From assembly GCF_009914755.1 (NCBI RefSeq), contig NC_060937.1: 64,000 nucleotides of DNA; one strand, written 5' to 3'. Each line of letters begins with the position of its first letter. Position 1 is the stretch's first letter. A model generated the notes under the pieces. It ran no database searches. It saw nothing but the letters and a program-made list of their open reading frames with translations, and was not told where the DNA came from. The position numbers were made by a program, and so were the translations under genes. Below are positions 14,914 through 28,250 of this stretch, one piece after another. Source of the stretch: the human T2T-CHM13v2.0 reference genome, Homo sapiens.

Positions 14914-16370
14914 AAAAAGTAAATTATCACAGTATGTTTTAACCACAGTAGGTTTCTTTCATAAATCCGTTTTTTGTTTTGGTACTACCAAATTTTATCT
15001 GACAAACTAAATTATAGAGGTGTGATTTTTAATATAAACTATACCAACAAAGAGATTATTCACTTTCTAATTCACTATGGATTCTCCTATACTCCTCTTA
15101 CCTATGTAAATTTGGGTGATGACTATTTTATATATGAGGTGATTGCATACATAGCCTCTATATGTCGGGTCAATAGAAAAATCCAAACTGAAGTATTAAA
15201 CAGAAGGAAGGAGAGACAAAGAAGAGGAAGATGAGGAGGTGAAGGAAGAAGACAATATGTTATTAAAGCCTTTATCTGAATGACTATTCTAAGGGTATAA
15301 TACAAAGCAAAAACAACTATTGGGTAGGCTGATAACCACTGCATTTGTTAGAGACACATAAAGAACAATGAAATAAAATAATTTTTTTGAATATAAAAAT
15401 CCACAACTATAATCTCAAACTTTTCAATAGTTACATTTAAAATTGTATTGACTGCTTTAGGATTAGCATATATTTTGGTGAGAATAGTCTTAAAACATTA
15501 AAAAAAAAAGAAAAAAATTGCAACAGTTAATGATGCCATAATAAGATCTAATTACCAAGTGAAATAAAACACTTTAAGTGAAAATAACAAAAGAGCTAAA
15601 GTCTTTGTAAATTTATGAACTCCATAAATTCTTCTAATAATTCTTGTTAATATATCAGTACAAAACAAATACTGATAAAATAAGAATTAACTATTGAGTA
15701 AAATTCATTAAATGGTCCATTTTATACTTATTATTATCCGCGTTATATCTGACTTTCTGACAGGCTTAAATCTTTAATTCTGTTCAGTTAGAAACACAAG
15801 GCTCATAATTTTTTCTACCATTTCTTTTTGCCATTGAATTCTTGAATCTCACATTATATTAGTCGCTTCATCCTACTATCATTATCTGTGTTCTTACAAA
15901 TTCTGTTTAAATACTTCAGCAATATTCAGAATGACTTCATCTTTTCTGTTCATTACATATTGTTAACTAGCTGCTAAATAGTTTTCCATGACAAATGAGA
16001 AAAAAATTGCTATGTTATTTTTAAATTCTTTCTTCTAAAGTATAAAATAGTTACTCTATAACTATACAAAATTTCATAACACATTAGTAAATTGTAAGTG
16101 ATGTATAGCAATTTTAATAATTATGATTATATTCAAATGCAATGAACTTAAAATTAATTTGATTAAGAATAACAACAATGTAATATGTAGAAATTTCAGT
16201 AGATAGTAAAATAATTATCATGTGATAGCGATAAAGAAAGTCTACATAGATAATTGGCCTATAACTACATGAACATATCTAAATTACAATAGGATAAGAG
16301 GTTTGGTAAAATTATTCTCTCTTCAATAGTTTCTGAATCAGGTACTTATTAATAACCTAATAGAAGATTC

Positions 16371-16656
16371 TTTTTTTAGAGGGAGAGACAGAGTCTTGCT
16401 CCGTCTCCCAGGCTGGAGTGAAGTAGCGTGATGTTGGCTCACTTGTGACCTTGACCTCCCAGGCTCAGGTGATCTTTTCTCAGCCTCCTTATTAGCTTGG
16501 ACTACAGGTGCACACCACTGTGCCTGGCTTATTTTTTAATTCTTTGTAAATACGGGGTCTTGCCCAGGGTGATTTTGAACTCTTGGCCTCAAGTGATCCT
16601 CCTGTTTCAGCCTCCCAAACTGCTGGAATTACAGACGTGAGCCACTGTGCCCCTCC
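16371..16656 (-). mobile_element. AluJ SINE
   Basis: Diverged dimeric Alu with J-type ccaggctcaggtgatc/ggcctcaagtgatcctcc; TSD agaagattctt / agaagatactt. Confidence 0.9.
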
Positions 16657-17524
16657 AGAAGATACTTAAAATCCATAAAGTCCTGACCTGTAACTCTAAT
16701 ATATGCCTTTAAAAAGAAAATCTCATTGTGTCATTATTTCTCTTTTCAAATTTCTTTCTATCCTTGGTCCTAATATACTTGGATTTTAAAATTTTGAAGT
16801 TCAGGGAATATTTACACACCAAAGAAAAAAAAAACACCCTGCAAGCATAATTTTTTATAATGTATATAAAACATTTTTAGAAATGTTCTGCAAATCCTAC
16901 TTATAAAATAAACTCTGTAGTTCTTAATATAGAATTAAATTAGTTTTTAGTGAAAGCAATCCATAAAAATACCTACATTATTTATATATTCTACTCTGAT
17001 GTTGATCATGTTCTGTTTCCACCATTTATCACTGCCTCCAGAAATTCACCTTGCATCTGTTCCCACCTTTTAACCATTTGAATTCTATAATATAACTGAT
17101 GTAAAATATTACCAAGAAGCGATTTTAAGATAAACATAAGGAAAAAATGAAACATTTAAGTAATTCTGTGCAGAATGAGAAAGCATCTATATGTTTCCTT
17201 AGAATGCATTCTCTCTTTAAGGCAAATTCATAAAGAACTGTTTTCAGTATATTGGACATATATTTTGTGGCTTAAGTTTAATGTTATAACCTCACAAGGA
17301 ATTTAAAAAGCCCAATCACTTATTTTGTGAGGACTTTATACTTAAAAATCAATTTTACATCATACATCAGTTTCAGCATTTAATTAATATTTAAATTTGA
17401 GTGCCTACATTGCATCGGGAACTGTGCTAGGCACAGAAGACAATTGTAAGTAAAAGAAAAAAGCAAGTAACCACATCTTCGAACATTTACCATCAACAGA
17501 TTCTCACTGAAAGAATTTCTAAAG

Positions 17525-17712
17525 CAGTGGTTCTCAAAATATGATCTCCAAATCAACAGGATCTGCATCTCCTGGGAACTCGTTAGAAATGCAAATTAAC
17601 AGACTTAACTCCAGACCTACTGAATCAGAACTGTAGGCTGGTGCCCAACAATCTGTGTTTTATTAAGCCCTCCAGTTTATTCTTATATATGGTAAATTTG
17701 AGATTAAATGTT
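17525..17712 (+). mobile_element. MER5A hAT-Charlie MITE
   Basis: cagtggttctcaaa TIR; ctgggaactcgttagaaatgcaaatt…ccagacctactgaatcagaa. Confidence 0.85.
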
Positions 17713-18127
17713 CTAAAAGATAGTTTAGAAAAAAGCAAATTTAACATAGAAGAATTGAAACAAGAAAATATTCAATATGTGGGTGAATTTTAGGAAACAT
17801 TGAATATATAAAGTAATGATATACTAATGTCTAATTTGTAGGGCTAAAATACCAAAGATATAAATAAAATGCTAGGAAAAATAGCATAACTCTCATGAGG
17901 TGAGTGAACGGATATACAACATATATCCTTTGAGAACAGTGTAGAGAAAATTATTGACTATAGAATTCTATGTATATTAAAATTTTAAGGGTAATCATTA
18001 AAGTAATTTAAATCGAATGCATATACTCTTAACCAAAAAAATAGGATAAATAATTAAAAACCAATTCATTGGCAACTCAGAGACAGAAAGAAGACATTCA
18101 CAATACACATATTTGATAAACTCAGAA

Positions 18128-18866
18128 TGAAGCTGCCTTTGCAAAAATTATGACAGTGAGAAAACATACAAAAATTATGACAGTGAAAGAGATCTGACCT
18201 AACTGACTCCATCTTGTCTTTAACTTCCAAGTTGCCCTTCTTCAATCCAAGGTGTAGGCTGAGCTAACCAAAGGAAGAATTTAGTTTATAGTTTACCTCT
18301 GAAACAAAGATAACAGCCCCTTCCCTAAACAACCCCCCTCCTTGCCTGGGGACCAGAGCACTTTGTAAAGCTAGCAAATTAGCCACAAGATTAGAAATTG
18401 TAGGTCAGGAGTCATGCAGCCAGAGGCCACAAGTTTTCTAACCTCCCCACTTGCTCTTACAGTTAACATTACTATTGTAAAACCCAAGACTGATGTTCAA
18501 GATATTTTCCAGACACTGCATTCTCATGGGCCAGCTGACATCACCCAGACCAGTAAACCGGCTCAACTAGTTCTGCAATCCCACCCAGGAACAGGAGACA
18601 GCAAAAAGACAGCTCTGATGGCCCCTATGATTTCATCCCTCATCCAGCCAATCAGCATTTCACATTCCTTAACTCACTGCATGCCAAATTATCCTTAAAA
18701 CATCCCAGTCTCTGAAATTTCAGGGAGGCTGATTTGAGTAATAATCTCTTCTCCCATTTAGCTGCCTCTACATTTATTAAATGTTTTCTCTATTTCAAAA
18801 ACCTGCAGTTCTCAGTGCATTGGCTTTTTTGGGCAGTGGACAAGATAAATCCGTTGGATGGTTACA
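18128..18866 (+). mobile_element. LTR8-family (LTR8A/8B-like) ERV1 solo LTR
   Basis: Starts tgaagctgcctttgcaaaaattatgacagtgag…gagatctgacctaactgactccatc, ends ggttaca; 4-bp TSD agaa at 18124-18127 and 18867-18870. Confidence 0.88.
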
Positions 18867-18952
18867 AGAATATATAAAACATGTCAATAAATTGATTAGA
18901 AAAAATTACACATCCCAATAGTAGAAAGAGAAATATTTCACATTAAATATTA

Positions 18953-19335
18953 TAAAATACTATGCAGCCATAAAAAAGAATGAAATCACATTCTTTGCAG
19001 CAACATGGATGGAGTTGAAGGCTATGACCCTAAGCAAATTAACAAAGGAATAGAAAACCAAATACAAGATGTTCTCACTCATAAGAGAGAGTTAAATAGT
19101 GACTACACATAGGCATAAAAATGGGAAAAATAGACCATCTGGACTATTAGAGGGTGAAAGGAGGGAGGGTGTGGGTTAAAAAAACTACCTACCAGGTACT
19201 ATATTCACAAGCTAGGTGACAGGATCCATACCCCAAAGCTCAGCATCATGCAATATTCCCATGCAACAAGTCTGCACATGTACCTTCTGTATCTATAAAA
19301 AGTTGAAATTTAAATAAATAAAATTTAAAAAATAA
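18953..19335 (+). mobile_element. L1PA15-17-like 3' end
   Basis: tactatgcagccataaaaaagaatgaaatc…ctgcacatgtacc…aaaagttgaaatt plus A-rich tail. Confidence 0.8.
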
Positions 19336-19621
19336 ATTTAATTGTTATATTAATCTGGATAAAAGGAAATATTATTAAAATAGACAATTAATATATCTAC
19401 AAGTATTGACTTCATTAGGCATCAGCAATGCCAATTGTAACATAAATCTAAACACCAGAATGTATAAAATGTAAAAAAAGATGAAAAATGCCAAATGTTA
19501 GTCAGAATATGGAGCACCTAGAATTCTGTATACTGTTTGTCATTTGTACAACCCATTTGCGTACTGTGTCTGTATGCCATTAAACATTTATATAACCACT
19601 TTGGAAAGTTACTTGACAATA

Positions 19622-20098
19622 CAGTAGTCTTCCTTTATCTACAGTTTTATTTTCCAAGCTTTTAGTGACCTGCGGTCAACCACAGTCCAAATACATTCAA
19701 TGGAAACTTCCAAAAGTAAATAATTTGTGTGGCAAGTTACACCCCATTCTGAGTATTGTGATGACATCTCATGATGCTCTGCTGTTTGCCAGCTGAGACG
19801 TGAATCATTCATTTGTTCAGCATATCCACATGTCCATGTTACCCACTGGTGAATCCTGAGTCACTTAGCAGCTGTCTCATTATCAGACTAGCTTTCACAA
19901 TATCACAGTGTTTGTATTCAATTACCTTTTACTTAATAATGGCCACAAAATTCAAAAGTACTGTGCCTAATTGATAAATTTTATCATAAGTAGTTACATA
20001 TAGGAGAAAAAATAATATATATAGGATTAAGTGCTATCCCTGGTTTCAGACATCCACTGGAGGCATCTAACATATCCCTCACAGATAAGGGGTGACCT
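19622..20098 (+). mobile_element. MER44 (Tigger7-derived, TcMar) element
   Basis: TA|cagtagtcttcctttatc left TIR and gataagggggtgacctg right TIR; ctgcggtcaaccacagtcc motif. Confidence 0.8.
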
Positions 20099-20222
20099 GT
20101 GTTTCACCCCAAGAACTATCCTTATATTAAATGTGGACATAGGTTTATCAAATAATACATACTGGAGTTCATAGCAGTACTGTTCATAATAACCTCAAAG
20201 TGTTAACTACTCTAATACCTAC

Positions 20223-20827
20223 TGTATTATTCAGGGTTCTTCAAAGAACCTAGGACAGATGGATGATGGATGGATGGATGTGTGGGTGGATGGATGGATG
20301 GATAGAAGATAGATAGATAGATAGATAAGAGGAGGTTTATTAAGGAAATTAGTTCACATGATTATGGAAGCTGAGTAGTCCCACAATATGCTCCTAAAAG
20401 CTGGAGAACCAGGGAAACCTGTAGCATGGCTCAGTTCAAGTTCAAAAGCCTCAGAATCAGAGGTTTATGGTATCACTCTAACTCCAAGGTGAAAGGCCAT
20501 AGAGCAGGGTAGAAGTTGGAGGAATGTGGGGAGTGGAAGAGTGGGGCTTTGGTGTGAGTCCCAGAGTCCAAAAGCCAGAGAACCTGGAGTTCTGATACCC
20601 AAAGGCAGAAGAAGAAGGCCTTCCCAGCTCTGGAAGAGAGAGAACAATAATTCTTCCCATCTCTGCCTTTTTGTTCAATCTGGGGTCGCAGCCAAAGCGG
20701 ATCTTACCCACTCAGTCCACTGACTCACAGGCCGGTCTCTTCCAGGAACACCTTCACAGGTAAATAATGCTTTACTAGCTCTCTAGACATTTCTTTATCC
20801 AGTCAACACCTAAAACTAGCCATCACA
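20223..20827 (-). mobile_element. MLT2B-like ERVL LTR containing (GGAT)n/(GATA)n at 20257-20328
   Basis: tgtattattcagggttct…ccatcaca ends; typical MLT2 internal motifs. Confidence 0.8.
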
Positions 20828-21113
20828 CCCAGCAATCACAGACTGAATAAGTAAACAGGAGTATATTCACAAGTGAAATACAATACAGCAACAGGAACAG
20901 ACAACTTACGACCACGTGGAAAAATAAAGATGACTTTCACAATCATAATATTTAAGAGAAAACAGACCTTGAAGGATACATACCTTATATATCTATTCAT
21001 CTGAAGTACAAACAACAACAAATCTCATCTGTGCTGCTAGAAACCTGAAATGTAGTTCCTCTTGTGTCTAAAGACTGGAAGGAAGCATGATGGGGCTTCT
21101 GGAGTGATAGCGA

Positions 21114-21690
21114 TGAAGGAAGCCAAAATATTTCACCCCAGAGTATACTTCTTTGATAAGATGCCTGTTCAGAGGGTCTGCAAACAGAAGTAGCCCTGCA
21201 AAGCTGTCTTTTGTGGGAGAGATTTGCATCTGTAGGGAACCTGCATTGAAGTAGCCGGGCGTTCTCTGAGGCCCTTCCCTGTCTGGATCTAGAAAATATC
21301 TGAGTCTATCATCTTTAAAGGTCTGACAAAAACATTTACCATCCATTTTCTCTGAGTGTTGCTACCTGTAACATGTTGTCTATATAACAAGACCACGTTT
21401 CCTAGCCAAGCCTCCTCTTCTCTTCCTCCCATATCCTATCCTGCCCCTACAACCCGATTTACTATCATAACTTGTATTTGACTCTGCTCCCAACCCCCAT
21501 TCTTTCTGTAACTTCAAGATGGTATAAAAATGTCAACTATCTGGCCATTTCTTGGAGTTCTGATATGTTGTATGGCTCTCAGGCATGTTAAGAAATTTGT
21601 GTGTCTTTTCTCCTATTAATCTTTTTTTTTCAGTTGATCTTTCAGTGAACCTTTAGAGGGCAAGAAACAAGTTTTCCTGTGGCCCTTTGA
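21114..21690 (+). mobile_element. MER34-family ERV1 LTR
   Basis: tgaaggaagccaaaatatttcacccca start; gccctgcaaagctgtcttttgtgggagagatttgcatctgtag. Confidence 0.78.
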
Positions 21691-22060
21691 TATTCTGTTT
21701 CTTTATCTGAGGGCTGGGCATATGCGTGCGTTCAATTTGTGGAAATGTAATAAGTTGTACACTTATGTGCATTTTTGTCTGTATATTGTAATTTGATACA
21801 AAGTAAAATCTCTAAAAAATCTCTTTATTAAAAAAATGCAGAAAATAAAAAACAAAAAGGAAATAATTAGCATATAAAACATAGTCCAAATATATCAAAT
21901 GAATGTAAAAGGAATAACTTTCAATTATAATATAAAAATAAAAATCTAGGAATTATTTTAAAAATTACAATCAAATCATAAAATAGCAAAGGAGTGAAAG
22001 TAAAATAATGTAAAATTATACAAAAATTTCTAATCAAAATGAAAGTAGTATTAGCTATAT

Positions 22061-22270
22061 CAGGGATTGTCAACGGTGGTACTATTGATATTTTGGACTG
22101 AATAATTATTTGTTTTGGGGTGGTATCCTTGCAGCTTGTTTAGCCGTATCCCAGATCTCTATGAACTAGATACCTATAGCACCACCCCAGCTCCAAGTGT
22201 TGGCAAGCAAAAATGTCACCAGGCATTACAAAATGACTCTTGGATTGCAAAATACACCCAGTTGGTTACT
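22061..22270 (-). mobile_element. MER20 hAT MITE
   Basis: Reverse complement resembles MER20 (…caaaatatcaatagtacc…gttgacaatccctg). Confidence 0.8.
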
Positions 22271-22344
22271 TTAATATGATACAAAATATATTTTAAACAA
22301 AACCTATTAATACACTTAAAGAGAGCTATTGGATAGTGTTAAAA

Positions 22345-22800
22345 TATTTCATTCACATTTGTTTTTTAATAAATATTTACTAAGTATGTACAACATGCCA
22401 GACACCAGGAATACAATAGAGAATAAACAGACTAAGTTCTGGTTGTCATAAAGCTCACACTCTAATGAGGATCAACAAACAATAAACAAATAAATAAATC
22501 ATTGATAACAGCTAGATAATAAAGTAAAACATGCCAAGTGAATGGATTTTGGTGTAGTGAAATGCTATTTTCTGTAAGGTTTTCAGAGAAAAGATTTCTG
22601 CAATAAGTTGACATTTGAAAAGACACTTCCAGAAAGTCATGGATGATAAACAGTGTTTAGAAAGACGGGAGAGAAGTATTTGCACAGGGTCTAAACAAAG
22701 AGCTAGACATATCCCATGAACAACAAAGAGGACAGTGGCTCAAGTAGACTACTAGAGAGGGATTTTTAAAATAATAGAAAATAAAATTAGTGAGATTAGC
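22345..22800 (-). mobile_element. L2 3' end
   Basis: cattcacatttg…aaatatttactaag…atgccagacacc; gttgacatttgaaaagacactt. Confidence 0.7.
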
Positions 22801-23099
22801 TGGTGAATGGATTTTGGATTAATTGGATGCAATGATTCTAAGTTCATATGTAACTAAAAGCAAAGAATGAAGTTACATAAAGCTTCTACTATGAGAATTC
22901 CAAATAAAAATATACAATCCATAACCACATTTAGAGATTTTAAAACACCTCCCTCTGCCGTTAAAACTGAAGCTAACAGAACACAGCAAAGATGTCAAAT
23001 TGAATATAAATAAATGACTAATTTTATGTAATGGACATATCTCTAACTTTGAAAATAGGCATTTTATCCTGTATTCACTTATACTTCTAATCTTGATGA

Positions 23100-23720
23100 G
23101 TAGCATTATTTAGTGCCACCACCAAATTCGAAACTTAGTTGTTGAAACTATTTTTCTCCTTCCTCATCTCCCACATTCTCGTCATTACTCCAGAATCTCC
23201 AGAATTGCACTCATAGGCTTCCCATCTTACCTGCCTATGTTGCAAAATCTCTCATCATCAATTGCCTACAACGTGGTTTTTGAGCACAAACTGGTTCATT
23301 TGAATTTATCCTTTCTACTCCCAAGATAACCTTTTCAAAACACAACTATGACTGTGCAACCTCCCTACTCCATCTCTCAGCCAAGCCACAGGATATAGCC
23401 CAAAGTCAGAAAGTAAACTCCCTTCCTTCTCCTCCTCCTCACCTAATTCTGGCCAATTCTTTCATATTTGGGTCTTAGTTTAAATGTCACATTGTCAAAA
23501 ATGACTTCCTTTACACTCTTTAAATTAGCTTTCTTGTGAATTCGTCATCACATTTTTCTGATTTTTTATTCCTTTTTAAGGATTTTTAATCTTACACATA
23601 TTTGTAAAATCAGTTATTTAATGTCAGTCTTTCACAGCAGACTGAAAATGCTGTGTCTTTAGGGACATTTTCTATTTTATTTACTCCATAAAACTAGCAC
23701 ACTGACTGAATAAATGATTG
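23100..23720 (+). mobile_element. L2 fragments
   Basis: ggtcttagtttaaatgtcac; ends ctagcacactgactgaataaatga. Confidence 0.55.
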
Positions 23721-24029
23721 CTACTTCAGACTCTCTAATGTTATGTACTCCCAACACTCTTGAGCTCACACTAACTTCTCCCATCCAACTAACATACCAT
23801 TGTCATATTCTCTAAATTTGCCAGATTATTTCTTCCTTGAGTGTTTTTGCTTAGGAGCCTCATTTTCCTTTCCCTCAGATGCCCTTATGGCTTACATGGT
23901 TAGTCTGACAAATATCTGTAAATTTTTCAAGAAAAAATTAAAAATCATCTTTTTAATTGAATCATTTGAACTCTCCTGGCATTGATGTTTTTGTTTGCCT
24001 GAGCATAGTTGTGCTGTCACTTCAATCTT

Positions 24030-24610
24030 CAGAGTTCAGTCTGGGTGTAGAAATCACAGCATTACTTTAGCAAAAATAATTTAACATAAAAATTTGTTAA
24101 TAGTTACTAAAATAATTGAAAATACAAAAAAAAGTACAAGAAGACATTTCCTTAGGTAGGGAAGCAGCTACATTTGTTCTTTAATAAATATTTACTAAGT
24201 ACCTACAACATGCCTGACACCAGGAATTGAAGGATGAAGGAAAAAAAGAGGTTTCAATGTTTAAATCTTAAGAAGCTTGGAGGAGGAGGCCTTCAAGCTG
24301 GAACTCAGATGTCTGACAAGATGCCTCTGTAGTGGAGTCTGTGGTCCACTTTCAAGAGTGTTGTGGAAACTTCTAATGAAACAAAGTGCCACTGCCAGAT
24401 GAAACATCTTTGCAAAGGCAATATTCACAGGAACAGAAAATAAAAAAGATATGGCATATCTCTTCTTTCTCCTTCAGTATTCTGGTCTCTGTATATCAGC
24501 CATCATTGGCATAAACTTAACAGGGAGATATTGAACCAAGGCAAATGTGATTTGTAAGGTCTAAGGGCATATAAAAGTGTGTTTAAAAGACACAGACAAT
24601 AACTGGCATA
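24030..24610 (-). mobile_element. ancient LTR-like element (family uncertain)
   Basis: Composition and motifs reminiscent of old ERV LTRs; not confidently assigned. Confidence 0.3.
24170..24227 (+). repeat. 58-bp local duplicate of 22355-22412
   Basis: 54/58 identical by direct comparison. Confidence 0.9.
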
Positions 24611-24987
24611 TACCTCTATATAATAGTTTAGTTATTTTTAGAAACTTTTCTCCCCTCACTTATTCAACCAATGATTGTTGATACGGGAGCTCATTCAATG
24701 CCAGGCACAATGCTAAGTACTGAGGGTAGAATGATGAATACTAATTAAAGATTTCTTGTCTTCATAGGGCTTATATCCTGACGTTTTGATTCCATAAACT
24801 CTTTGCACCTTTAGTCAGAGGATGTACCTTTAAAATACATACTATGTTAAACATAGACTATTTTAAATACACAGAATACAATGTAGTAGGTTTTCATGAC
24901 CATAGTGGCCCTGGTCATTTTTTAACAGTAATTCTCAACTGAGAGTGATATTTTTTCCCACTCCAAGGGAGACTTGGCAGTGTGTAC

Positions 24988-25193
24988 CAAGGGTCAGCAA
25001 ACTATACCTTCCACCACCTGTTACTGTAAATAAAATTTTATTAGAAGGCAGTCACACTCATTTTTTATATACTATTTATGGCATCTCTCATGCTGCCCCA
25101 GCAGGGGTTAGTGGTTGTCACACAGATCAAATGGCCCACAAAGTCTAAGAGATTTATTATTTGACCCTTTACCAAAACAGTTTGCCAATCTCT
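24988..25193 (+). mobile_element. MER58A hAT MITE, preceded by a MER20 5' fragment (~24927-24985)
   Basis: caagggtcagcaaactat…tgtaaataaaattttattagaa…gaccctttaccaaaacagtttgccaatctc. Confidence 0.82.
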
Positions 25194-26706
25194 AAAAGAT
25201 AATTAGAACTTACTACCAGCACGTAAGAGGATATCCTACACATAGACGGTTGTGTTATGTATGTATGTATGTATGTAAATGTACACCACCAAAATTACCC
25301 AGATTGATTGACCTTTAAAATTGACATATATTTTGTATAAGCAACCAACTTCCCTAGAATATTAAAACATTCCAATTTCAATTTATGGTCAAATTTAAAA
25401 CATAAACCATTTTTTTTCAGGATACTTAAGGGAGGTATAACTCTAAAACAAACTAACACAAGTTGTTTTTTTTTTCTTCCAGTTCTCTATATTATTTAGA
25501 AAACCTATGTCTTCTTAAAACTAGATAAAATACATGTGTTTTCCCTTGGGGTAGTTGAACTTAGTCCCAGGGGCAATAGAACTTAGTACTTGGCAGATCA
25601 TTTTTCACTGGAGATCTAACATATAAAATTGTATTTTTGTTCCTCTTTATGTGCCTCCTACCCTGCAAGGGCAATATCTGTTTTATTTATTAGCACATTC
25701 AGAATTAATTTATCACAACACACTGCAATAAAAGGTACATTTAGCAAACTTTAAATAGAATTGCCATCCATATAGAATCAAAATTTCGGTATAAGCCTGC
25801 TAATTTAAAAGTATCTTTTAATTTATTGTGATGTGTTAATAGCCTAGGTAAAAGAATTTAAATATGTTGCAAAGTTGATACAAAACCATAAACAAAACTA
25901 AAGCAAAAAAATTCACAATCTATGTTTCATTTTACTGTATATTTAGTTTTATATATTTGTGCCAGAGCACCACTCACTGAAAAATATAACTCTCATATAA
26001 ATAATTTTTGAAATTATACACTTATTTTGAATCACTGCATTTAACTTCTGTCTAGTTTATTTAAAATAATGTATAATTATTTTGTCTCAAGTTTTCTCCT
26101 CTAAGACTTCTATGTACTCATACTAGTCCAACAATGTATTTTTTTCTCACTTTCCTTTTTCTTTTTTTGTAAGAAAACAACAGTCATATTTTTCTCTGTC
26201 CATGAAAGAAATATTTTCTCTTTCACAAGTTGTATGAAGTACATATCATCTTTGCCCTTTCAAACAAGAAAAGAGCAAAACCTTCCAAAGTATTTCTTTC
26301 TAATTGCATGCATTTTTCTTTATTTTTCTTTACAAGATAAAAATGCAATAAGCTAAACTGCTCTAAAGCTAAAATTATTTTGTGACATTGACTAAATCAA
26401 ATCTCTCAGGCCACTTGGTATTATGTCACTTACTTTCACTCATTCAACAAAAAATTGGGCTGTTTGGTATCTACATCGTTGAGAAAACATGATCTTTGCC
26501 TTCAAGTGTTTACAACATGGTAAAGAGACAGGTAGATAAACAACATGTCATAAATTCTTATGCAACAATACAAGGTCAGAAAAATACAGTGTAAATGCTA
26601 GATAACTATTTTAGGAGAGTTAGGGTAGACTTGATAAAATAAACAATGCTTGCATAAATTGTTGTAGAAATAAAGATTTTGGTACTTTTGCAGTAAATAC
26701 AGAAGG

Positions 26707-27060
26707 TGTTAGAGTCTGATTGTTTGTGTCCCCACAAAAAGTCATAAGTTGAAATTGAATCACCAAAGTGATGGTATTAAAAGTAGGGCTTTTGGAATAT
26801 AATTAGGTCATGTGGGTGGAGTCCTCGTTGAATGGGATTATTGTCCATATAAAAGAGGCCTTGGGAAGCTGCCTTGCCTCTTAACCACATGAGGGCACAG
26901 ATAGACGTTATCATCTGTGAACCAGAAAGCAGGTTCTAGACATGGAATCTTGCCTTGATACTGAACTTTCCAGCCTCCTGAACTGTGAGAAACAAATTTC
27001 TGTGTTTATAAGCCACCTAGTTTATGGTGCTTTGTTAGAGTAGCCGAATGAACAAGCAAG
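26707..27060 (+). mobile_element. MLT1A-like MaLR solo LTR
   Basis: tgtttgtgtcccc…ttccagcctcctgaactgtgagaaacaaatttctg; 5-bp TSD gaagg at 26702-26706 and 27061-27065. Confidence 0.82.
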
Positions 27061-27684
27061 GAAGGTTATTCTAGGACGTAGGAACAATATGCAAAGAAAA
27101 ATTTAAGAGTCCATTTGAAAAGTTACACGTTCATCTGTGTCTCTGAAATATAAGATGCAATGCTAGGAAATAAAGATTATAAAGAATATATTAAATATGA
27201 CAACATAGGGCATACTTAGATGTGATTTTATTTTGAAGACCATGAGGAACCAATTGAGTAAAGCATAAATATGACCTAAAATATTACTGGAATGATACAA
27301 GCAACAATGGAGAGAATGGGACACACACAAAAAAAGATAATTAAAAGGTTGCATGCGCATGTCTTATTTAGTGATCAGATGCAAGAGATGAAGAAAGAAG
27401 CATAAGAATTGTTGCCAGTTTGCAAGTGTGTTCCTGGCTTGTTTCTGACAGAAGGAAACAGTGCCGTAATCATAATCAAGACATAAGTTTGATGGATAAT
27501 CTAATGTGATGCATTTGATAATTACATGTAAAGTTTGAGTAAAAGTGTCAAATAAAGACATCCACTACAGATTATTTATGAGTCTGTGTTAGCATTAGGT
27601 GAAGTCATTTTTGTATATGCACTTTCTCAGGAATCGTTTATGAGGAGTGAAGAAGAGTACCTATGATGACATACTGAGGAATGA

Positions 27685-27745
27685 ATATATATATATTTTA
27701 TATATATATTATATATATAATATATATATAATATATATATATTTA
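27685..27745. repeat. (TA)n-rich microsatellite
   Basis: seen directly. Confidence 0.85.
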
Positions 27746-27892
27746 TGAGATCTCAGAGGGAAGGCATTGCATTAAAGAGAACTAGAAGTAGTCTCTGTAG
27801 GGCAAAATGAAGTGTTGTCATGGATTACAAACAGGAGACAGTTTTACAGAAAGAAAGGTCAATTGAATATAGAGAGATAGAAAAGCCAAAAA

Positions 27893-27945
27893 ATGGAAGA
27901 AAGGAAGGAAAGGAAAGGAAGGAAGGAAGGAAGGAAGGAAGGAAA
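27893..27945 (+). repeat. (GGAA)n microsatellite
   Basis: seen directly. Confidence 0.85.
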
Positions 27946-28061
27946 GACAATAGATACTGGAGACGAGAACGTGAAGCAACAGGTATTCTTATCCATTGCT
28001 GGTGGGAATGAAAATTGACAAATCCGCTTTGGAAGACTGAGTTTCCTTCTTTTTTTTTTTT

Positions 28062-28250
28062 AATTGAAATTTTTATTGAGATATTGTAGATTCACATGCA
28101 ATGGTAAGAAATAATACACAAAGGGATCCTTTATGCATGTTGCCCATTTCCCCCCAATATGGTTACATTTTGCAAAACTGGAGTGTAATATTGCAACAAG
28201 CAGGATATTGGCATCCATACAACCCAGTGATATGACTCAGATTTTCCCAG
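28062..28250 (-). mobile_element. L1MC 3'-terminal fragment carried inside the transduction
   Basis: aattgaaatttttattgagatattgtagattcacatgca…cagattttcccag is the reverse of an L1MC 3' terminus. Confidence 0.75.

Larger units (their letters stand above)
19390..21800 (+). mobile_element. ancient L1M (L1ME-like) 3' region fragmented by MER44, MLT2 and MER34 insertions
   Basis: L1M motifs resume on both sides of each insert (e.g. gttcatagcagtactgttcataataacc; tattctgtttctttatctg…tgtacacttatg). Confidence 0.55.
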
